In this document: positions 56,892 through 64,000 of the stretch, piece after piece
Layout: every line of letters begins with the position of its first letter
How positions within the stretch are numbered: the first letter of the stretch is position 1
Assembly (NCBI GenBank): GCA_964573665.1
Contig: CAZNKI010000015.1
Coordinates: forward strand, 556 to 64,555
Reading direction: 5' to 3'
Source of the DNA: an uncultured Candidatus Cloacimonadota bacterium
GTDB lineage: Bacteria; Cloacimonadota; Cloacimonadia; Cloacimonadales; WRIO01
DNA: 64,000 nucleotides
The notes under the pieces: generated by a model
Databases searched by the model: none
Seen by the model: the letters and a program-made list of their open reading frames with translations, nothing else
Told to the model about the DNA's origin: nothing
Translations under genes and position numbers: made by a program

Positions 56892-59800
56892 TTAGTGAAT
56901 AACAACTATTTTCCCTTTTTTCAATTGATCCCCAATTCTGAGCAAATAAAAATATATACCTGAGCTCAGCGACTGTCCATGATTGTTTTTCACATCCCAG
57001 ATAAACTCTGAAGATTGTTCAATCTTACTTGTAAAAACAAGCTCACCAGCTATATTATATATTTTTACTTCCCCTTTTTGGTTTTCTGGGAGGTTCACAA
57101 ATCGAACCTCTTCAAACTCCTTTAATTTCAAAGGATTAGGGTACACTACCATAAAACTTAAATCCCTTATTTCTGTCAAGGATAAAGAGCATCTGCCCTG
57201 ATTATTTAGTATTTTATTTCCTGCAAGATCATAGATTTGTGGAAAATTAATCCAATATTTCTTTAATGATTGAAGCAATTCATTGTCCAATTCCAAATAA
57301 ATTGTTGAATCTGAAAGACTTGCAGAGATCACATTGTAATTTATCTCTGGAAATGCTGACTCGATTATGAAATTAAAGGAAGGATTATTGATACTTCTTT
57401 CATCAAGTAGCTCTGAAAACTTTAAGGAAATACTTCTTGGATTCAAGACTTTGCTTTCCAGTAAGTATGGTGCTTCTGAATCAACCTGAAAGGCGATTTC
57501 TATGGTATGATCCTCAACAGGCAATCCATACTCTGATATCAGATGATGAAAATGTAAGGAGAAATCATTGCTGACATTTAAAGCATTTCTAAAATGTAAA
57601 AGTATTTTTTTATTGTTTGAAAAAGTATTAACTGAACTCGGGTTGATCGACTGTTCACTGTTACTTACTGTAAAATGAGAAGGAATGATTGAACTGGAAT
57701 TTAAAGCTTTATCGAAAGTCAAAAGTATTAAAGTCTGAGATAGCATTTCCCCATCGATCAAAGAGGAGGCAATATGAGGTCTAACAGAGATAAAATTAGA
57801 CAAATAGCTCTCTTGAGGATCATACGCATCATTAACTGCACTTACTGCATAATAATAAAGGGAGTCTGTTTCGAGTCCATCATTTACAAAATAATTTTGA
57901 TCAGACTCAGCAACAAGTTCTAATACCCCGTTTATATTCTGTTTTCTGTAGATGCGATAACTCATATCAGGAATTGAATTCCATGATATCTGTACAGAAT
58001 GTTCAGACAAAATTTCTGATTTGAGATATTGAGGTGTTGGAGGACCTGTAAATTCTGATTTTTTACTCACAAAGTATGAGCGTAACTCCCCATCAGTTTC
58101 CTTATTTATGAAAAATCCACCGGAATTATAATCATTCTTGTCAATCGCTACGATCTGGTAGGTTTTATCAGAGGATGACACCCAAATTGGCCATAAACGC
58201 TGATCCTCGTATTTTATAATATAAACGTAGGGAACTATTGAAACGATCAGTTCATCTTGACCATCATTATCAATATCGGCCTGTGAAATAGAACTTTGCC
58301 CTGTGATTACATTATGAAAATTGATTTCGCTCAATTTCTGATACTGATTGTTCCCCGTATTTTCATATAATTCAAAGTGCCAGAATGATTTCGCAGCATC
58401 GGTTTCTTTAATATATGCACCAACTATAAAGTCATTATTCTGATCTCCATCAAAATCTCCACAAGATAAGTAATAGGCATTCGGTACTGATAATCGAGTT
58501 GTCCAGGAAAGTACCGGAGCATTGTTGATCCACTCATAGATCATCACATCTCCATCTGTATCAGCACAAAGTAAATCAGGATAAGAATCATTGTCGAGAT
58601 TCCCGCCTGTCAATTTTGCAACAAACCCTCTTCGTTTGTCTGTTGCTGTATTATTAGCGATACTCCCGTTTTTATAAAACTGATTACCCTCTCGCTGATA
58701 TAACTCGATCATCGTCTGATCAGGTAAATTTCGATTCACAATAATTTCAGAGGTCCCATCACCTGTAAAATCAAAATAAAAAGCGCCTTCAACATCATTT
58801 AAAGACCATATCGGAAGATCAGGATAGACAAGAGACCCTAATGCCTCATAAAGTTCTAAACGATCTGATTTTAAGCCAAGCAATTCAATCTTCTGCTGAT
58901 TTGAATCTCCTAAATAGAGAGGATTAAACTGTTCTGAAAATGTGAAACTCTGTACAAAGGTTTGGTTTAACTCACTAAATACATGAACACTGCCATTGAT
59001 TGAATTTCCGATCTCCATCCCTACGATATCTTGTTGAAGATCATTATCAAAATCAAAGGTATTTCTGGCAAACATCAAACCTGAAGATATCTCCTGTTCC
59101 AGATAATCATAGTTAAGAATCTCACCCATTTTAAACTCATGTAAGTGAATAAACTCTTCTGAAATACTGATATGATTTGCCAAATCTCTGGCAAAAACTT
59201 TCACATTAAGGATATCATGTTGATAAACATCGGGGATTTTTATGTAAAAAACTGAATCTGCCTGAGCAGAAAATAAAGAGAATTCGTCTGTATAAGTTAA
59301 TGAAGAGTTGTTATAGATCCGACAGTCAAATTGTACATTCACTTTTTCATCAAAGCTCATCGTCAAATAGTGATCAAGACGATGATTATTCCATCTTTCC
59401 TGAACCGATAATCGAGTTAAATCAATAACTGGTGGAAGTCTATCAATGAAGAAAGTTGAATAATGATCATAAAAATCACCATTTCTGAGTTCAACTCTTA
59501 AACGAAGCCGATACTGTCCATCTTTAAACAAAGAAGGTATATAAAATTGCCCCAACACTTCATCATGTTTAATCTGATAGATGAAACCTGGTGTATTTTG
59601 ATGAGTACTGATATCTTTCCAATCAATAGATGAAGGGTTTTCTTTATCTGTATAACTGAGAGAATATCTAAAAAAATCTGGGGCATCTACTGTACCAAGA
59701 ATATCAAATGTATTATCTAAAAATGAATGATCAAGAGGATGAGTAATGTTCAATTCATAAGTATTACTGATCATCAGTAACTTATACATATCAAGTAGCC

Positions 59801-61061
59801 CAGCCCCAAAGTAATTATCAAATCCTGATTGCCCTAAATCTTTTGCTGAAGCATGTAAACGTGACTTAACCTGCTCAAAAGACATTTGATTATTTATCGA
59901 GAGCAGTAAAGCAACAGCTCCAGATACAAAGGGAGCGGACATAGATGTTCCACTTTGATTAAAATATTGATTTTCATCACTAAAGGTACTTAGTATTTCC
60001 TGACCGGGTGCAACAATATCTAACTCTGGTCCATAACTTGAAAAACCGGTCAATTGGCTGAAATTATCCACTGCACCCACAGCAATGACATGTTGTAATT
60101 TAGCAGGATATGAGATGACGGGTTCAGGAGTATTTCCCGCTGAAGCTATAATGATTGATCCTTTGTTATAAGCATAATTGCATGCATCTTCTATAATTGG
60201 AGAGTAATTACGATCACCCCAACTCAAATTGATCACCTGACATCCCATGTCAGCGCTATAAATAATTGCTGCTGCAGCATCATCATCTTCTAAAAAGCCT
60301 TGACCTCCAGAAGTTTTAAAACCTGCTCTCACAGGCAAGATTTTCACCTTCCAGGCAGTGCCACAAATGCCTTCATTATTGTTGCTCCCAGCGCCAATTA
60401 TTCCAGCAACATGTGTCCCATGAAAAATCTCGTCACTCGCATCAGAATCCTGACCAATATAATCTCCCAAACCAATGCCTATCATACCTGGGGCATCAAC
60501 AAAATCCCAACCCATAACATCATCAATAAAGCCATTTTCGTCGTCATCAATACCATTATCAGGTATCTCATTTGGGTTAATATATATATTTGCCTGTAGA
60601 TCTGGATGTGAAAAATTGATCCCTGAATCAACAAGACCCACAAGTATCTGATGAGAGCCTGTACTCTTGTCCCAGGCTTTACTTGCATTGATTAAGTCTA
60701 AATAGATTTTTTGATTGTAATAGTAAGGATCGTTTGGCACACGATATAATTCATTGATATAGTTAAACTGAACAAATTCAAATTCAGCGCTATCAATCAG
60801 TTGCTCTTTAAATTGTTGTAAAGAAGGTTCATTTGATATTTTCAGTAAAAAATACTTACTCTCTGCATTGGCATAGATTGATTTAATTTCTTCTATTGGG
60901 AGAGTTCTTAAAACATCATTTAATCTCTTACTCTGAAATCTATTCTGCTTGAGTTGTTCTTTTTGCTTAGTTTTTACAATAAGCTCTCCAGGAACATACT
61001 CAATCGAAAAAAGGGAAAAAAGACTTATAAAATAGAGTAAGACAAGAATCCCTTTTTTCAT
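56892..61061 (-). CDS. secreted S8 (subtilisin-family) serine peptidase with FG-GAP/VCBS-like repeats, Fn3-like region and T9SS C-terminal domain
   Basis: Catalytic triad blocks: D (VGLVDSGI), H (HGTHVAGIIGA) and S (SGTSMSAPFVSGAVALL). FDGDQNNDF and DIDNDGQDE calcium-loop repeats. C-terminus YPNPLK ... GIYFYLLRIG. Confidence 0.88.
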   Translation of the reverse strand: MKKGILVLLYFISLFSLFSIEYVPGELIVKTKQKEQLKQNRFQSKRLNDVLRTLPIEEIKSIYANAESKYFLLKISNEPSLQQFKEQLIDSAEFEFVQFNYINELYRVPNDPYYYNQKIYLDLINASKAWDKSTGSHQILVGLVDSGINFSHPDLQANIYINPNEIPDNGIDDDENGFIDDVMGWDFVDAPGMIGIGLGDYIGQDSDASDEIFHGTHVAGIIGAGSNNNEGICGTAWKVKILPVRAGFKTSGGQGFLEDDDAAAAIIYSADMGCQVINLSWGDRNYSPIIEDACNYAYNKGSIIIASAGNTPEPVISYPAKLQHVIAVGAVDNFSQLTGFSSYGPELDIVAPGQEILSTFSDENQYFNQSGTSMSAPFVSGAVALLLSINNQMSFEQVKSRLHASAKDLGQSGFDNYFGAGLLDMYKLLMISNTYELNITHPLDHSFLDNTFDILGTVDAPDFFRYSLSYTDKENPSSIDWKDISTHQNTPGFIYQIKHDEVLGQFYIPSLFKDGQYRLRLRVELRNGDFYDHYSTFFIDRLPPVIDLTRLSVQERWNNHRLDHYLTMSFDEKVNVQFDCRIYNNSSLTYTDEFSLFSAQADSVFYIKIPDVYQHDILNVKVFARDLANHISISEEFIHLHEFKMGEILNYDYLEQEISSGLMFARNTFDFDNDLQQDIVGMEIGNSINGSVHVFSELNQTFVQSFTFSEQFNPLYLGDSNQQKIELLGLKSDRLELYEALGSLVYPDLPIWSLNDVEGAFYFDFTGDGTSEIIVNRNLPDQTMIELYQREGNQFYKNGSIANNTATDKRRGFVAKLTGGNLDNDSYPDLLCADTDGDVMIYEWINNAPVLSWTTRLSVPNAYYLSCGDFDGDQNNDFIVGAYIKETDAAKSFWHFELYENTGNNQYQKLSEINFHNVITGQSSISQADIDNDGQDELIVSIVPYVYIIKYEDQRLWPIWVSSSDKTYQIVAIDKNDYNSGGFFINKETDGELRSYFVSKKSEFTGPPTPQYLKSEILSEHSVQISWNSIPDMSYRIYRKQNINGVLELVAESDQNYFVNDGLETDSLYYYAVSAVNDAYDPQESYLSNFISVRPHIASSLIDGEMLSQTLILLTFDKALNSSSIIPSHFTVSNSEQSINPSSVNTFSNNKKILLHFRNALNVSNDFSLHFHHLISEYGLPVEDHTIEIAFQVDSEAPYLLESKVLNPRSISLKFSELLDERSINNPSFNFIIESAFPEINYNVISASLSDSTIYLELDNELLQSLKKYWINFPQIYDLAGNKILNNQGRCSLSLTEIRDLSFMVVYPNPLKLKEFEEVRFVNLPENQKGEVKIYNIAGELVFTSKIEQSSEFIWDVKNNHGQSLSSGIYFYLLRIGDQLKKGKIVVIH

Positions 61062-61123
61062 TTATCCTCCACTCAGTATGACATAAAAATCATCCTTTAA
61101 TTTTTATTATACTGAGATCATTT

Positions 61124-62044
61124 TTAATAATGTACTGAAAAACCAATATGATGAATATCACCTAAATCATTGATTTTTACCGGCACATATGAATAATCAA
61201 TTTCAAAACGTTTGTAGCTAATACCAATACCTGCGGACAAATCTTCGTTATCATGATTAAATTTGTAGCCTGCTCTAAGATGCAACATTTCATAAAGACT
61301 CACCTGAGCCCCAAAATTAACTTTAAAATCTTCATCATCCTGATGATACAAACCTTTTACTTCTGTATTCGCCTTTACATTTGAAGACAACTCTCTTGAA
61401 TAAGCAGTGCCTATTTCATAGGTATATGGTATATCAATCTTTTCATACTTCATTTTATCAGCAAACCCGATATTTTTAAGATTTGTTATAAGGCTTAGAT
61501 TTTTTATCGGCGTCAGGTAAATATAACCGAAATCAAATGCTGCACCAAGGCTTGATTCTGTATGAATTTTTTCGTATAATCCTTTGGCGGTAATTCCCAA
61601 AAGATGATTATCCGCAAAGCGTTGAGCATAATTGACTGATAAAGCTAAATCCAAAGGATAATATTCTCCCGTAAGAGTCCCATTTTCAAGCCGTTCTTCA
61701 AATTTTCCATAGTCAAGCGTCACAAAGCTTACACCAACCGAACGATTTAAACCAGAATTTCTCCATGCTAAAGCATAAAGATCCGCATCAAAATGATTTA
61801 ATCTCATTTGAGAAAAATGAACGTTTTTGCTTTTAAAATTCAAAGCAGCAGCCGGATCTTGTAAAACTACTGATGCAGTTTGATTAAAAAAAGCTCCTGT
61901 TCCTGCCTGTGATGAGAAGGCAGGGGAAAAATTAAGTTTTAAAAATTGAAATCCATATTTTCCTGAGTCCTTATCAATCGTTTCAGAATATAAGTATCCA
62001 GTGATTATGATCATTATTAAAACAATTATCGTATATTTTTTCAT
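61124..62044 (-). CDS. PorV/PorQ-family outer-membrane beta-barrel (T9SS-associated)
   Basis: Signal peptide. N-terminal FLKLNFSPAFSSQAGTGAF block resembling the PorV/PorQ signature. Alternating beta-strand pattern with a C-terminal aromatic residue (SVHY). Confidence 0.6.
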   Translation of the reverse strand: MKKYTIIVLIMIIITGYLYSETIDKDSGKYGFQFLKLNFSPAFSSQAGTGAFFNQTASVVLQDPAAALNFKSKNVHFSQMRLNHFDADLYALAWRNSGLNRSVGVSFVTLDYGKFEERLENGTLTGEYYPLDLALSVNYAQRFADNHLLGITAKGLYEKIHTESSLGAAFDFGYIYLTPIKNLSLITNLKNIGFADKMKYEKIDIPYTYEIGTAYSRELSSNVKANTEVKGLYHQDDEDFKVNFGAQVSLYEMLHLRAGYKFNHDNEDLSAGIGISYKRFEIDYSYVPVKINDLGDIHHIGFSVHY

Positions 62045-62058
62045 GGATCACCTCCAGT

Positions 62059-64000
62059 TTATTTTTCTACAGCAAATTTTAAACGACATGACTGATTATT
62101 CGCTTCAAGGATTGCAAAATACATCCCTGTTGACAGCTTTGAACTATCAATCACAAATGAATTTATATTGGGGATATATGCGGTGCATAGATCTTTTTGC
62201 TTCCACACAATATTGCCTGCAACATCAAAGACAGTCACCTTGACTTCAGCTGTCTGGCTCAACATGGTTCTTATGACAATTTTTTGTTGATATAAATGCA
62301 ACCAGGGATTGGGATAAACATAGTTTTCACCTTTGATAAAAAGTTGTTTTGTTTGATAGGTATTTTCAGGCATTTCTGCATTCCAGGCAGCAGTTCGATT
62401 TAAGTTTCCATAAGTATGTGTAAACGATGAGGTTTGGATATCTTCTGGCGTAAACATTGGCAGATAATGTTTGTACACCGAACCGTATCGTGAGCCTATA
62501 TATGCAAATACAGAATCATTATCGGCATAAACAAATGGTGATTTAAAAGCATCATTTAACGTTACAGGATAACCAGACATCAAAGTTCCTGTATTGTCCC
62601 ACAAACATAAGCGATTATGCCCGATTAAACTCAATATATATGTTTTATTGTCTTTTTGAATCGTGACCAAGCCTTCTGCTGTTCCTGTGCTATCTGCAAA
62701 ATCCATATTAAAATGTGAATTCAATAACGCACTATTATACGCAAATGCCTGAAATCCGTTTTCTGTGCCAACAATTAAATCTAAAGTACCATTATTATCT
62801 AAATCTGCGATTGCAGGCGGGCAAATAGATTTTGCTTGATTCTCAATTGGGAAAGGAGATAATAATACTCCGTTATCTTTCATGAGTCCAACCACAAAAG
62901 TATCATGATCAGTTTTGTAAGTAAAACTATATTCAGAGGCTTGATCATTATTAAAATCCGCCTGGAGCAAGTATGCATAGTTAATTTCATTATTATAAGT
63001 CATTTCAGTTAAAACCTGATTCATATCTGTCAGATTAATTGTCGCTAAATAATTTTTATCATTCTTTCTCAACAAAAAACTGATTTTGTTGTCAAAATAA
63101 CACATATTACTCAATGGACGATAATCTTCCATGATCATTTCATAAGTACTCACCTGATCGGCATTATCTTTCAGCCAGGCAGTAAACTTTGATCCACCAT
63201 TTTTAGATACTTTTTGGCTTAAACCTGCTAAAAAGAGACGATTCCCCTGATAAGAAACAGTATCTGGAACTGAAATCAATGGAGCCCAAAAAGAATAACT
63301 CGTTGCACTGTCTGGTTGACCAATCAGATTAACCTGACTCCCATCAAAGCTGGCAATTGTATTATTACCGCTTCTAAATGGCACATAAAGTGTTTTACTC
63401 ACTGAGTCAAAAGTATAGTCTCTGTGAAAACGGTTGAGTGTATTTGCATCATAAGAATAAGAATGCTGATTACCATTTTCATCAGCCAATATATTATCAA
63501 ATTCATTCAGATAATATACTTCCTGATCTCCATTTTCATTAAGATCAGCAACAAATACATACTCTGCATCAATTGCATGGGCATTAGGGAAATTAATTTG
63601 CTTATTAAAGCGAACAGAGAAAGACATTGTATCTGCTGAAGAAGAGATATTAAAGATTTCAATATTCGTTTTCCCATAATAACTCTCACTATTGGGACTT
63701 GAATACAACTGAGTTATAGGATTCACAGAAAGACCAAAATAGTTGTTATTCCCTTCTCTAAAAGAATCAAAAGGACCGCCACGCATATAATAATCAGGCA
63801 AACCTGAATCCATCTGCTGAATTCCGTCAGCCTCTTCCAGATCAACCCCTTTATGAAAGGCATTGTTATTAGGTCGATTGATATAAAAATCATCCGTAAA
63901 GAATTGATTAATCACATTTTCATCAATATGCCAGATAAATAAACCAGATGGATTGACATAATCACCTGTTTCTGCATTGGTAAATGGGAAAAAATAATCC
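62059..64000 (-). CDS. secreted FG-GAP-repeat protein with T9SS C-terminal domain; N-terminus lies beyond the window end
   Basis: The track start at 63915 is a GTG. The frame stays open to position 64000 (..NPSGLFIWHIDENVINQFF), a block reminiscent of M6/InhA-like peptidases. Also ADLDNNGTLDLIVG (FG-GAP) and C-terminus YPNPW ... GMYFAILEA. Confidence 0.7.
   Translation of the reverse strand, partial: DYFFPFTNAETGDYVNPSGLFIWHIDENVINQFFTDDFYINRPNNNAFHKGVDLEEADGIQQMDSGLPDYYMRGGPFDSFREGNNNYFGLSVNPITQLYSSPNSESYYGKTNIEIFNISSSADTMSFSVRFNKQINFPNAHAIDAEYVFVADLNENGDQEVYYLNEFDNILADENGNQHSYSYDANTLNRFHRDYTFDSVSKTLYVPFRSGNNTIASFDGSQVNLIGQPDSATSYSFWAPLISVPDTVSYQGNRLFLAGLSQKVSKNGGSKFTAWLKDNADQVSTYEMIMEDYRPLSNMCYFDNKISFLLRKNDKNYLATINLTDMNQVLTEMTYNNEINYAYLLQADFNNDQASEYSFTYKTDHDTFVVGLMKDNGVLLSPFPIENQAKSICPPAIADLDNNGTLDLIVGTENGFQAFAYNSALLNSHFNMDFADSTGTAEGLVTIQKDNKTYILSLIGHNRLCLWDNTGTLMSGYPVTLNDAFKSPFVYADNDSVFAYIGSRYGSVYKHYLPMFTPEDIQTSSFTHTYGNLNRTAAWNAEMPENTYQTKQLFIKGENYVYPNPWLHLYQQKIVIRTMLSQTAEVKVTVFDVAGNIVWKQKDLCTAYIPNINSFVIDSSKLSTGMYFAILEANNQSCRLKFAVEK

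Overview
AT-rich bacterial chromosomal window with about 53 protein-coding genes. I found no rRNA, tRNA or CRISPR array by eye. Four large secreted proteins carry C-terminal T9SS/FlgD-Ig-like sorting tails, a PorV/PorQ-like barrel is present, and the metabolism looks anaerobic (transcarboxylase, acyl-CoA dehydrogenase, ferredoxin). Together these suggest an FCB-group or candidate-phylum anaerobe such as a Cloacimonadota-like organism; this is inference only.

Gene order:
- 1-9.6 kb: a sigma54-dependent two-component pair, divergent from a predicted -24/-12 promoter. That promoter drives a PspB-like small membrane protein, HlyD/MacAB-like efflux genes and a beta-lactamase-fold hydrolase. A separately promoted extra ABC ATPase follows.
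- 9.9-12.6 kb: DUF4097 protein and a soluble TPR histidine kinase.
- 12.7-14.06 kb: 1.4 kb with no credible ORF, holding two near-identical tandem 370/428-nt units plus smaller repeat modules.
- 14.06-15.7 kb: MarR, a small membrane protein and a CDF (CzcD-like) metal exporter.
- 15.8-24.8 kb: a T9SS beta-helix protein, then a cytoplasmic four-gene cluster (Cys-rich protein, amidohydrolase, 1031-aa GNAT fusion, HExxH peptidase).
- 24.8-30 kb: an ankyrin-MBL fusion, YbaN, a GNAT, a C5-epimerase-like gene and an IS200-like Y1 transposase (RAYT-type) flanked by REP hairpins.
- 30.2-35.9 kb: housekeeping genes gpsA and the rpmH-rnpA-yidD-yidC-jag operon.
- 37-42.5 kb: ferredoxin, a LolE-like permease and methylmalonyl-CoA transcarboxylase-type genes.
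- 42.9-43.5 kb: HepT/MntA toxin-antitoxin pair.
- 44.7-50.6 kb: a 1945-aa T9SS protein with four-fold internal modularity.
- 50.9-56.8 kb: bcd, nadD, bamD, an M18 aminopeptidase and greA.
- 56.9-64 kb: T9SS cargo/PorV-like cluster.

The least explained signal is a family of modular intergenic repeats and hairpins at about 9.7, 12.8-13.9, 29, 30.1, 36.1-36.3, 42.6-42.9 and 50.76 kb. The tandem 370/428-nt non-coding unit is the most striking member.
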